A stretch of 64,000 bases of DNA, from contig JAIXOL010000078.1 in assembly GCA_027486845.1 (NCBI GenBank), positions 131,047 through 195,046 of the forward strand, read 5' to 3'. Under the pieces are notes generated by a model. That model was not told where the DNA came from, searched no databases, and was given only the letters and a program-made list of their open reading frames with translations. The DNA is from Cytophagaceae bacterium (GTDB lineage Bacteria > Bacteroidota > Bacteroidia > Cytophagales > Spirosomataceae). Position 1 is the first letter of the stretch. Each line of letters opens with the position of its first letter. Of the stretch, positions 27,774 through 36,743 are shown piece by piece. The translations under genes and the position numbers were made by a program.

Positions 27774-28946
27774 ATGAAATTAAAATCAGGTATTTTATTT
27801 GCTTCACTATGCTTTTTTTGTTCGTTTTTTATTGCTTGTCAGAAAAACGAAGAACTGATTCCGACAACTAACACAACTGATAATCAAAGTAGTAGTGAAA
27901 TTCCTACAACTGGAGTAAATAATGCCACAGTTTCAACCGAAACAATTGCTCTAGGAAAAGCTTTATTTTGGGATCCAATTTTATCGGGTAAGCGAGATGT
28001 TTCTTGTGCAACCTGTCATCATCCTGCTAATGGCTATGCCGATAATCTTGATTTATCAATTGGAGTAAATGCCGTTGGATTGGGTCGAAATAGACATTTT
28101 TTGAGTCCAAACACTTTTGCCTTTGTCAAACGTAATGCTCAAACAATTCTTAATACTGCTTTTAATGGGATGGATGCCAATGGCAATGTGAACCCAGCAA
28201 CCGCACCAATGTTTTGGGACTCAAGAGTGAGAAGTTTAGAAACTCAGTCAATTGAACCTATTAAAACACTTGAAGAAATGCGTGGAAATGCGTACTCGGA
28301 GGCTGTAGCAATCGATAGTGTAGTTGCCCGACTAAAACGTATTCCGCAATATCAACAATTATTTCAGAGTGCCTTTGGCAATGCTCAATCAATCACGGCA
28401 GCTAATATGGGGATTGCTATTGCCTCCTTTGAACGAACTTTGGTAGCCAATAATTCAAGAGTTGACCGTTATAATGCAGGAGAAAGATCGGCACTTACAG
28501 CTCAAGAAATAAATGGAATGAATGCTTTTCAGACTGTTGGTTGTGCCAGCTGTCACTCTGGAAATATGTTTTCTGATTTTCAGCTTCATGTTCTTTCGGT
28601 ACCGGACAATACAAAAAATGCCCAATCAGATGCTGGAGCAAATAATACTTATGCGTTTCGCACGCCGAGTTTACGCAATTTGAGAGTAACCGCACCCTAT
28701 ATGCACAGCGGAGTTTTTCAAACTTTAAATGATGTGGTTGGGTTTTATAACAGAATTGCAGGCGGTAATTCGCAGAATAGAAATGTGACAGGTCGACAAA
28801 TTGACCCACGCATCAGGAATTTAAGAATTGGTAATAATCAAGCAGCGATTGTGGCTTTTATCAATGCCTTATCTGATGATAACTTTGATAAAACCGTACC
28901 GACGAGTGTGCCAAGTAGATTGAGCGTTGGAGGTAATATTAGATAG
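27774..28946 (+). CDS. Di-haem cytochrome c peroxidase family protein (CCP/MauG), lipoprotein
   Basis: 390-aa ORF with a lipobox (FFIACQ), two CxxCH sites (CATCHH, CASCHS) and the conserved blocks FRTPSLRN and PYMHSG. Confidence 0.85.
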   Translation: MKLKSGILFASLCFFCSFFIACQKNEELIPTTNTTDNQSSSEIPTTGVNNATVSTETIALGKALFWDPILSGKRDVSCATCHHPANGYADNLDLSIGVNAVGLGRNRHFLSPNTFAFVKRNAQTILNTAFNGMDANGNVNPATAPMFWDSRVRSLETQSIEPIKTLEEMRGNAYSEAVAIDSVVARLKRIPQYQQLFQSAFGNAQSITAANMGIAIASFERTLVANNSRVDRYNAGERSALTAQEINGMNAFQTVGCASCHSGNMFSDFQLHVLSVPDNTKNAQSDAGANNTYAFRTPSLRNLRVTAPYMHSGVFQTLNDVVGFYNRIAGGNSQNRNVTGRQIDPRIRNLRIGNNQAAIVAFINALSDDNFDKTVPTSVPSRLSVGGNIR

Positions 28947-28958
28947 GAAAAAATGAAT

Positions 28959-28990
28959 AAGGCTTTCGTGAATGCACGAAAGCCTTATTT
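28959..28990. terminator. Bidirectional terminator between convergent ccp-like gene and tex
   Basis: AAGGCTTTCGTG-AATG-CACGAAAGCCTTATTTT, a 12-bp stem. Confidence 0.7.
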
Positions 28991-29004
28991 TAAAATTTAT
29001 GAAA

Positions 29005-31125
29005 TTAAAACTTCATCGAAAGTCCAATTCGTTTTCTTGGAATATCAATTTCCATCACTTTGACCTGCACTTTTTGATGAACTTTCACAACTTCGTTAGG
29101 GTCTTTGATGAAACGATTCGCCATTTGCGAAACGTGAATCAAGCCATCTTGATGTACGCCTACATCAACAAAACATCCAAATGCCGTAATATTTGTAACG
29201 ATTCCTGGAAGAATCATGCCTTCTCTTAAATCTTCAATTTTATGCACATCTGAAGCAAATTCAAAGGCTTCAAGGGCTTCACGAGGGTCACGTCCTGGTT
29301 TTTGGAGTTCAGATAAAATATCGTTTAGCGTTGGTAGGCCAACTTTATCCGTTACATAATTTTTGAGAATAACTTTTGATTTTAGTTGTTCATTGCCAAT
29401 AAGTTCTGCAACTTTTACACCTAAATCTTTCGCCATTTTTTGCACAATAGGGTAGGTTTCGGGGTGAACCGCCGAATTATCTAGGGGATTTTCTGCTCCA
29501 CGAATACGTAAGAAACCAGCACTTTGCTCAAAAGCTTTTGCACCTAGTCTTGGTACTTTCTTTAATTCATCTCTTGAACTAAACGCTCCATTTTTTGCTC
29601 TAAAATCAACAATATTTTGTGCCAAAGCTGGGCCTAAACCAGAAACATAACTCAAAAGGTGCTTGCTTGCAGTATTGAGTTCGACTCCAACTAAGTTTAC
29701 GCAGCTTTCCACCACCGAATCAAGGCTTTCTTTAAGCATTTTTTGTTCAACATCGTGTTGATATTGCCCGACTCCAATTGATTTTGCATCAATTTTTACG
29801 AGTTCTGCCAGTGGATCCATTAATCTTCGTCCTATCGAAACTGCTCCTCTCACTGTTACATCTTTATCTGGAAATTCTTCACGAGCAATCGGTGATGCCG
29901 AATAGATTGATGCCCCTTGCTCAGAAACCATGTGAACTGCTGCTTTCAGATTGCCATTTTTTATGACCGATTTTACAAGCGTTTCTGTTTCTCGACTTGC
30001 AGTTCCATTGCCGATTGCAACAGCATCAATTTTATATTCTAAAATTAATTTTTTGATAACCGCTTCGGCTTCCATTTGCTTGGTAAGTGGATATACGACA
30101 GTATCATAAATCAAATCGCCTTGCTCATTCAGACAAACAACTTTACAGCCTGTTCGAAACCCAGGGTCGATTCCCAAAACTCGTTTTTGTCCCAATGGCG
30201 AAGCCAATAAAAGTTGACGAAGATTTGTTGCAAAAATCTTAATTGCTTCACTATCAGCTTTTTGTTTTGAAATGTTACTAAATTCGGTTTCGATACTTGG
30301 TTTTAAAAGTCGGTCATAAGAATCGCTTATAGCCTGTTCGACTTGCTCTTTAGCTTCAGGCAAACCTCTTAAATAAATGCGGTCAAGAGCATCAACACCA
30401 CGTTCAGTTTCTATCGAAATATCAATGGATAGAAATCCTTCTTCTTCACCACGACGAAGTGCCAAAAGTCGGTGCGATGGAATTTTAGAAAGAGGCTCTG
30501 AAAATTCGTAATAATCTTGGTATTTAATTCCTGCTTCTTTTTTTCCTTTTTTAACTTTTGAGGTAACGATTGATTCTCGCTCAAATAGTCGTCTTACTGC
30601 ATTTCTGGCTTGAATGTCCTCATTAATCCACTCTGCCATAATATCTCTTGAACCTTGTAGGGCTTCGGCAATATTTTCAACTTTATCGTTCAAGTATTTT
30701 TCAGCAATTGCTTCAATATTTCTGTCTTTTTGAGCAAAAATAATTTTAGCCAAAGGCTCAAGTCCTTTTTCGATAGCTATACTTGCTCGAGTTTTACGTT
30801 TTTGTTTATAGGGTAAGTATAAATCTTCTAATTCGTTGATATACAAGGCATTGTTCAGCTTTAAAAGCAGCTCTGGCGTCATTTTTCCTTGCTCTTCAAT
30901 TGACTTTATAATAGCTTCCCTACGTTTGTCTGCTTCAATAAATTTGGTGTATAGGTCTTTCGTGTCCGCAACTTGAACTTCGTCCATGCTACCCGTCATT
31001 TCTTTTCGATAGCGAGAAATAAATGGTACGGTTGCTCCTTCATCGAGTAGTGCAATTGTATTTTGAATACTTTTTTCAGGTACACCAATCGTTTGTGCAA
31101 TTATTTGTATTTGTTTTTGGGTCAT
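29005..31125 (-). CDS. tex: Tex-like transcription accessory protein (YqgF/HhH/S1 domains)
   Basis: 706-aa ORF with the N-terminus IAQTIGVPEKSIQNTIALLDEGATVPFISRYRKE. The C-terminal S1 domain reads GMILPGIVTNITAFGCFVDVGVHQDGLIHVSQM. Confidence 0.9.
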   Translation of the reverse strand: MTQKQIQIIAQTIGVPEKSIQNTIALLDEGATVPFISRYRKEMTGSMDEVQVADTKDLYTKFIEADKRREAIIKSIEEQGKMTPELLLKLNNALYINELEDLYLPYKQKRKTRASIAIEKGLEPLAKIIFAQKDRNIEAIAEKYLNDKVENIAEALQGSRDIMAEWINEDIQARNAVRRLFERESIVTSKVKKGKKEAGIKYQDYYEFSEPLSKIPSHRLLALRRGEEEGFLSIDISIETERGVDALDRIYLRGLPEAKEQVEQAISDSYDRLLKPSIETEFSNISKQKADSEAIKIFATNLRQLLLASPLGQKRVLGIDPGFRTGCKVVCLNEQGDLIYDTVVYPLTKQMEAEAVIKKLILEYKIDAVAIGNGTASRETETLVKSVIKNGNLKAAVHMVSEQGASIYSASPIAREEFPDKDVTVRGAVSIGRRLMDPLAELVKIDAKSIGVGQYQHDVEQKMLKESLDSVVESCVNLVGVELNTASKHLLSYVSGLGPALAQNIVDFRAKNGAFSSRDELKKVPRLGAKAFEQSAGFLRIRGAENPLDNSAVHPETYPIVQKMAKDLGVKVAELIGNEQLKSKVILKNYVTDKVGLPTLNDILSELQKPGRDPREALEAFEFASDVHKIEDLREGMILPGIVTNITAFGCFVDVGVHQDGLIHVSQMANRFIKDPNEVVKVHQKVQVKVMEIDIPRKRIGLSMKF

Positions 31126-31163
31126 TTTTCCAACCTTTTTTATAAAATTTGTATCATTAAATA

Positions 31164-31190
31164 TAGACCACAGTCGATAGTCAATAGCTG
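31164..31190 (-). repeat. Inverted tail module of the dispersed repeat
   Basis: The plus strand reads TAGACCACAGTCGATAGTCAATAGCTG, and its reverse complement GCTATTGACTATCGACTGTGGTCTA matches the tail consensus. The 11-mer TCGATAGTCAA (31174-31184) is the exact inverse of TTGACTATCGA at 31265-31275. Confidence 0.5.
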
Positions 31191-31263
31191 TGAAAAGTAA
31201 TTAAAACTGTTAATATTGAATAATTTGAACGCAATCTTGAATGTATTTCATCAAATATGTATA

Positions 31264-31295
31264 GTTGACTATCGATAATTATTCGTTGACCATAT
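31264..31295 (+). repeat. Direct tail module of the dispersed repeat
   Basis: GTTGACTATCGATAATTATTCGTTGACCATATT. It forms an inverted pair with 31164-31190 across the tex / lipoprotein divergent promoter region. Confidence 0.45.
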
Positions 31296-31323
31296 TATTT
31301 ATTCACAAAAATCCGATTAAAAT

Positions 31324-31818
31324 ATGAAAATGCAACTTGTTTTATTAATGATTCTTTCCACATTATTCCTTACAAATTGTGAAAAAGTGAGCGAATTGAC
31401 TGATAAACAGGCAATTATAAGTGAATATGTAGTAAATTATGGAACGAGTTTTGGGATGTGTGTGGGGCCTTGCCGAAAAGAAATGAATGTAGTAAAAAAC
31501 GAAGTCATTTTTACTGTTTTTTACACGGAAGGTAGAGGAGCAATTGGCGGAACTCCAAAAATATACAATGAAGCACTTGATGCAATTTTAGGAAAATCTT
31601 TGGTTAAAAGTATTGATTATGAGGCCTTTAAGAACTTGAATGAAGTTATTGGTTGTCCTGATTGTGCAGATGGCGGTGCCGAATGGGTCGAGATTTTCAA
31701 AAATGGTTCGAAGCATAAAGTAACTTTTGAATTTGGTAGAGCTCCAAAAGAAATAGAAAGTTTAGTGACAATTTTACGAGAAAAAAAGGCTTACTTTGAA
31801 GGAAAATATTTGAAGTAA
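31324..31818 (+). CDS. Hypothetical lipoprotein with two Cys pairs
   Basis: 164-aa ORF with a lipobox (LFLTNC) and the Cys pairs CVGPC and CPDC. I recognise no family. Confidence 0.6.
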   Translation: MKMQLVLLMILSTLFLTNCEKVSELTDKQAIISEYVVNYGTSFGMCVGPCRKEMNVVKNEVIFTVFYTEGRGAIGGTPKIYNEALDAILGKSLVKSIDYEAFKNLNEVIGCPDCADGGAEWVEIFKNGSKHKVTFEFGRAPKEIESLVTILREKKAYFEGKYLK

Positions 31819-31860
31819 AAGATTAAAAATATTTGTTTGATAATTTAGATTTATAACATG

Positions 31861-31919
31861 TTGATTGTCATCGCTTTATATTGCTATTGACTGTTGACTA
31901 TTGACCGTGGACTTCTTAA
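31861..31919 (+). repeat. Tail-only repeat copy with four 7-bp-phased units, ending at the ATG of the next gene
   Basis: TTGATTGTCATCGCTTTATATTGCTATTGACTGTTGACTATTGACCGTGGACTTCTTAA. TTGAC occurs at 31887, 31894 and 31901, and TGGAC at 31908. The ATG is at 31920. Confidence 0.6.
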
Positions 31920-33134
31920 ATGTATGATATTCTTGTAATTGGGGGAGGTGCGGCTGGTTTTTTTGCGGCAATTAATGCTGCTGAGAAAAATAGTGGTTTA
32001 AAAATAGCAATTTTAGAGCGTGGGAGAGACGTTTTACAAAAAGTAAAAGTTTCGGGTGGAGGGCGTTGTAATGTAACCCACGCTTGTTTTGATACTGATA
32101 AACTTGTAAAATTTTATCCAAGAGGTGAAAATGAACTTTTATTGCCGTTTGAAAGATTTAACCCAACAAATACTATAGATTGGTTTGAAAGTAGGGGAGT
32201 AAAAATAAAGAAAGAAGCTGATGGACGAATGTTTCCGGTGAGTGATTCGTCGCAGTCAATAATTGATTGTTTGTTAGGGTCTGCTCAAAGAAACCGAATA
32301 GAAATTTTAACAAATTCAAGAGTTGAGCATTTTGATTATTTACCCAACGAAAAATATAACTGGAAACTTCAGGTAGCAGGTGATAGAATTTTGTCTGCTA
32401 AAAAATTAATGATAGCCACAGGCAGTGACACTGCTGTTTGGACTTTGCTCGAAAGATTGAAAATTAATATCATTCAACCTGTTCCTTCACTTTTCACATT
32501 CAATATAAAAGATGCTCGACTTACTGATTTGATGGGTTTGTCTGTGCCAAATGCTATTATAAATATCCAAAAGACAAATTTTGAAAGTAATGGCCCAACA
32601 TTGATTACTCATTGGGGATTATCGGGGCCAGGTATTTTGAAGCTATCTTCTTGGGCAGCTCGTGAGTTAAATGCGGCTAATTATAAATTTACCATAAAAG
32701 TTAATTGGCTGGCTAACAAAGACTTAGAATCTGTCAGAACGCATTTGCATAATCAAATAAATGCTCAACCCAAAAAAAATGTAGTAGCTAATGCCGAATT
32801 TGGCTTACCGATTCGTCTTTGGAAAAGTTTGTGTAATGCTGCTCAAATCGGCGAATTTCAGAAATGGGCCGAAACAGGCAAAAAGCACATTCAGCGTTTA
32901 ACCGAACAATTGACGGCAGGAAGTTTTGAAGTGAATGGAAAAAGTACTTTCAAAGAAGAATTTGTAACCGCTGGTGGTGTTGATTTATCAGAAATTGATT
33001 TTGAAACATTTAGTTTGAAACAATATCCAAGCCTTTTTATGGCGGGAGAAGTACTAAATATTGATGCCATCACAGGTGGATTTAATTTTCAAGCCGCTTG
33101 GACTGGCGGTTGGATTGCTGCCCAAAACTTATAA
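31920..33134 (+). CDS. HI0933/YhiN-like NAD(P)/FAD-dependent flavoprotein (BaiN family)
   Basis: 404-aa ORF. Motifs: DILVIGGGAAGFFAAINAAE, VSGGGRCNVTH, and the C-terminal GGVDLSEID...MAGEVLNIDAITGGFNFQAAWTGG. Confidence 0.85.
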   Translation: MYDILVIGGGAAGFFAAINAAEKNSGLKIAILERGRDVLQKVKVSGGGRCNVTHACFDTDKLVKFYPRGENELLLPFERFNPTNTIDWFESRGVKIKKEADGRMFPVSDSSQSIIDCLLGSAQRNRIEILTNSRVEHFDYLPNEKYNWKLQVAGDRILSAKKLMIATGSDTAVWTLLERLKINIIQPVPSLFTFNIKDARLTDLMGLSVPNAIINIQKTNFESNGPTLITHWGLSGPGILKLSSWAARELNAANYKFTIKVNWLANKDLESVRTHLHNQINAQPKKNVVANAEFGLPIRLWKSLCNAAQIGEFQKWAETGKKHIQRLTEQLTAGSFEVNGKSTFKEEFVTAGGVDLSEIDFETFSLKQYPSLFMAGEVLNIDAITGGFNFQAAWTGGWIAAQNL

Positions 33135-33548
33135 TTTCTTTTTTCGTCTAGCTTGTAAAATTTCTGAAAAAAATGATTTTTCATAAATTCCATCTAAAAT
33201 AATAGCCTCCTGCAAGATTTCTTTGAAAATAGTCTCTTTATTTTTTAAATCTTTCTGGTCTATGAATGTTATGCCATGGATAAATTTTCTTTTTTTAGAT
33301 TCAAGCAATCCTTGTTCGTTTGACATCTGAAAACCACGATGAAAGCCTACTTCAATTCCTTTGTTTTTATTCAATACAACAAAATAACAAAGTTCGTTTT
33401 TTACACCAAACATAGCAGTATTAAACAAAAAACGCTCTCTCATTTTCGGATGAGCATTTAATATTAAATTTCTAAGCTGATTCATCAATGCTGAAATTAA
33501 AGGGTCTTGACTTTCGATAAAATCTTCGATTGAGATGTATTTATTCAT
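33129..33548 (-). CDS. Hypothetical protein, possibly DUF1801/YdhG-like
   Basis: 139-aa ORF with compact spacing to its neighbours. The weak resemblance of IEDFIESQDPLISALMNQLRNLIL to DUF1801 N-termini is from memory. Confidence 0.5.
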   Translation of the reverse strand: MNKYISIEDFIESQDPLISALMNQLRNLILNAHPKMRERFLFNTAMFGVKNELCYFVVLNKNKGIEVGFHRGFQMSNEQGLLESKKRKFIHGITFIDQKDLKNKETIFKEILQEAIILDGIYEKSFFSEILQARRKKKL

Positions 33549-33569
33549 TAATTAAGCAATTAGGTATAT

Positions 33570-33655
33570 TTAATCGACAAATTTGTTTTTCACAAAAAAC
33601 TGATAGAAAGTGTTTTATGTAAAAGTGGATTGTCGTCTATTGACCGCGGATTATT
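33570..33655 (+). repeat. Long copy of the dispersed intergenic repeat filling a whole intergenic spacer
   Basis: TTAATCGACAAATTTGTTTTTCACAAAAAACTGATAGAAAGTGTTTTATGTAAAAGTGGATTGTCGTCTATTGACCGCGGATTATTT. The tail overlaps the stop codon (33651-33653) of the symporter gene. The head lies 22 bp from the start codon at 33548. Confidence 0.6.
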
Positions 33656-35033
33656 TAAGTGTAGTTTTTGTGATTATTGAGCCAACAAACATCCCAACTA
33701 TACTTGCCAGTAACCCCCAAATCATTGAGGGGATTTCGTTTTCGAAAAACTCAAAGTAAGTCCAAACACCTGTGCCTAAAGTCATCGAAAGTATTGCACC
33801 GAGGGCATTGGCTTTTTTCCAATAAAGTCCAGATACTAAAGGAACGAATAATGCAACCAAACTTAGAGCCGAAGATTCACCAACTAGCTCATAAATTTCT
33901 GATTTATAGAGCGAAAGAGCCACTCCAATCAAAGTGATTCCGATTACCGAAAGCCGCATGATTTTTAGTAGTTTTTTGTCGCTTATTTTTTCTCCGTATA
34001 AAGGTTTGATTAAATTTTCTCCTAAAACTGTTGCAGGAGCTAATATTGCTCCACTGCAAGTGCTTAAAATTGCTGATAATAAAGCTCCGAAAAATATTAT
34101 TTGCATACCGATTCCTGAGTGTTTTAAGACTAAAATAGGAATTAACATCTGAGAATCGCTTTGTTTTAGGTCTGAATATAAGATTGTGCCACATAAAGCA
34201 ATAATAAGTGGCATACAAGCAATCGTCAGATACATTAATGACGACAAGTAAGCACTTTGAACGGCTACTTTTTCGGATTTGGCAGAAAGTGTTCGCTGAA
34301 ATACGTCTTGTTGAGGGATTGACCCCCAGCCAATTGTGACCCAAGCAGCAAAATAAGTAACCCAACTTGTAAGTGTATTTTCTTTGGGAGTAAATCTAAA
34401 AAAATCTGAAGGAGTTTTAATTAGAATTTGATTGAATCCGCCAACTTGGCTGACGAGTTCGAACATTAGAACAAACATTCCAATGATAATGATGACAGTT
34501 TGGAAAGTATCGGTAATCGCAACTGACCACATGCCTCCTACATAAGTATAAAACAAAACGATAGCTGCACAAATAATAACGCCAAAATCGAATGGTACAT
34601 CAGCAATTGACTGTAAGACAATAGCAAGTGCTACGAGTTGTGCCGCAATCCAACTAAAATAGGATGGAATCATAAAAATTGCTGAAATCCATTCTACTTT
34701 TCTACTGTACCTAATTTTGAAATAATCGCTGAATGTTATGATATTTAGCTTGTATAATGGACGAGCAAAAAATAGGCCAATCAAAAGCAGACACAAGGCT
34801 GCACCGAATGGGTCTTCAATAACTCCCAAAAGTCCGTGCTCAACAAATTCGGAGGAAGCTCCCATAACTGTTTCTGAACCAAACCATGTGGCAAATAATC
34901 CTGAAGCTACAACGTACGTCGGCATCCGTCGGCCTGCGATGGCAAAGTCGCTAGAAGTCTTCACAAACCTTGAAGCATACCACCCTACAAAAATTGTTGT
35001 TAAAAGGTAGAGAACAATAAAGCTGATCAACAT
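33651..35033 (-). CDS. Sodium:solute symporter family (SSF) transporter
   Basis: 460-aa polytopic ORF. The N-terminal block GRRMPTYVVASGLFATWFGSETVMG is typical of SSF proteins. Confidence 0.85.
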   Translation of the reverse strand: MLISFIVLYLLTTIFVGWYASRFVKTSSDFAIAGRRMPTYVVASGLFATWFGSETVMGASSEFVEHGLLGVIEDPFGAALCLLLIGLFFARPLYKLNIITFSDYFKIRYSRKVEWISAIFMIPSYFSWIAAQLVALAIVLQSIADVPFDFGVIICAAIVLFYTYVGGMWSVAITDTFQTVIIIIGMFVLMFELVSQVGGFNQILIKTPSDFFRFTPKENTLTSWVTYFAAWVTIGWGSIPQQDVFQRTLSAKSEKVAVQSAYLSSLMYLTIACMPLIIALCGTILYSDLKQSDSQMLIPILVLKHSGIGMQIIFFGALLSAILSTCSGAILAPATVLGENLIKPLYGEKISDKKLLKIMRLSVIGITLIGVALSLYKSEIYELVGESSALSLVALFVPLVSGLYWKKANALGAILSMTLGTGVWTYFEFFENEIPSMIWGLLASIVGMFVGSIITKTTLK

Positions 35034-35063
35034 TTTTTGGTAAAATCTTTGATTTAGATTTAG

Positions 35064-35079
35064 TTTTTTACAAAAATCA
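35064..35079 (+). repeat. Left arm of an inverted repeat bracketing the recombinase cassette
   Basis: TTTTTTACAAAAATCA. The reverse complement of 36681-36698 is TTTTTTTACAAAAAATCA, giving 16 matches and one 1-nt gap. The sequence is low complexity. Confidence 0.4.
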
Positions 35080-35176
35080 GAAAAAAAACTTAATTCGAGG
35101 TGACTTTATTTTTATTTTTCAGTCATTATTTATAATTTTCGAAATAGAATAACAAGTTTTAATTTATTACCTTGCT

Positions 35177-36013
35177 GTGACCCATTTAATAGAACGATTT
35201 ACTGAAATTTTAAGAAAAGGAAAGTATAATTCGCAAACGATAGCCGCTTATCGAAATGCTATCTTTGTGTTTTACAATCATTTTAGGGATTTACCACAAA
35301 GTAAAATTACCGAAGAGCTAATTTCTGCTTATTTGGTTGATCTTAACGATAAAAAAGGTGGTGGTACTTCTGATGGTGCTCTTCAAGCTGGAAAGGCGAT
35401 AAAATTATTTTATGAAGTGATTTTCAATCGAAAATTTGGTATCAAAGCCAATGGAGGTTCGAAAAACGAGGACTTACCAGATATTTTGACAGAAGCAGAG
35501 GTAACCAAAATTATTCAAGTATTGGATAATCTTAAACATAGAGCTTTGATGGCGATTATTTATGCTGTTGGCCTGAAATTGAGTGATGTCTTAAACTTGA
35601 AAGTAGCCGATATTGATTTTGATAAAGGAGAAATTACTTTAATGACTACAAAATCTGAAAAAGGGCGAACCTTGATGCTTCCGAAAAAATTAGAGCCTAT
35701 CTTAAAAGCCTATATTGAGAAATACAAGCCACAAAATTTGTTTTTTGGTGGTGAAAATGGAAAAACGTATAGTCCGAGAAGTGTACAGTTGGTTTTTCAA
35801 CAAGCAATGTTAAAAGCTAAAATTGAAAAAGATGCTTCTGTGCATAATCTTAGACATAGTTATGCCGTACACTGTATAGAAAGAGGAATGGATATTCATT
35901 TACTACAAACAATTTTAGGACATAAATACTTACAAACGACATCAGTTTATAATCAAATTGCACAAGTTGAGCTTGTAAATATTCGAAGTCCGTTTGAAGA
36001 CCTTGATATTTAA
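35177..36013 (+). CDS. Tyrosine-type site-specific recombinase/integrase
   Basis: 278-aa ORF starting at GTG. It has an N-terminal SAM-like core-binding domain (YNSQTIAAYRNAI). The catalytic residues appear present: R in NLKHRAL, H-x-x-R in HNLRHSYAVH, H in LGH, and Y in TTSVYNQ. Confidence 0.8.
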   Translation: MTHLIERFTEILRKGKYNSQTIAAYRNAIFVFYNHFRDLPQSKITEELISAYLVDLNDKKGGGTSDGALQAGKAIKLFYEVIFNRKFGIKANGGSKNEDLPDILTEAEVTKIIQVLDNLKHRALMAIIYAVGLKLSDVLNLKVADIDFDKGEITLMTTKSEKGRTLMLPKKLEPILKAYIEKYKPQNLFFGGENGKTYSPRSVQLVFQQAMLKAKIEKDASVHNLRHSYAVHCIERGMDIHLLQTILGHKYLQTTSVYNQIAQVELVNIRSPFEDLDI

Positions 36014-36680
36014 TTTTTAATATTGAGTTTGTCTATGCTTTAGCATAGATTATTAATTCAGAATTCGAAAATTAGAATCTTTTTAAAAGCAACAGTTTTT
36101 ATAGTAGATTAATTTAAAAAGTCCACATTTAAGTCTTTTTGATTGATTTTGACATATTTTTTAATTAAAACTGAGAGCTTGTTCTATCAGAATCTTTTTA
36201 AAAAAGTATCAGTATTGAATTTATAGAAAACATCTTAATAAGTATTAAGTCTATATTAAACGGCAAGTGAAAACTCTATAACTTATTGATAACGAGTGTT
36301 TTATTGTTGTGGCAAACCATCTATTGTCTAGAATTTTATGTCTTTTGTGTCAGTTAAATAATGGCTAAACAATACTTTAGTGAAATAGAAAAAAATAATC
36401 AAAAAGGTTTACTAAATAGACCTAGAGTTTTCTGATATTATTATAATACTTTTTGCCTTTCATGCAATTTAGCAAAACAACTTCGCAGAGATTAATTCTA
36501 TATAAGCCTTTGAAATCTCTAATCAACTTGTCATTTGAAAAGGTTCAAATTTTTAAAATTACCCTTTAACTAACTTCTTTTATTGGATAAATGAATGAAA
36601 TCTTTCGTTAAATTTTACTGATATTTTTAAATTCAATGAGTAGTTTAGCAGAATTCTTACAATTATTGAAATGAACTTGA

Positions 36681-36698
36681 TGATTTTTTGTAAAAAAA
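36681..36698 (-). repeat. Right arm of the inverted repeat bracketing the recombinase cassette
   Basis: The plus strand reads TGATTTTTTGTAAAAAAA and ends 45 nt upstream of the ade ATG. It pairs with 35064-35079. Confidence 0.4.
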
Positions 36699-36743
36699 GA
36701 TTTATTTTACAAGTCTAAAGGAAATATATACCTAATTTAATCA

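Noticed and set aside
33904-34365. Long antisense or out-of-frame ORFs inside strong genes: 33904-34365, 20316-20792, 12379-12786, 50587-51042, 59200-59556, 13862-14185 and 17034-17393
   Set aside because: They overlap well-supported genes with recognisable family motifs. Their translations are low-complexity or Cys/Phe/Ser-rich in the manner of shadow ORFs, and they have no independent signals.
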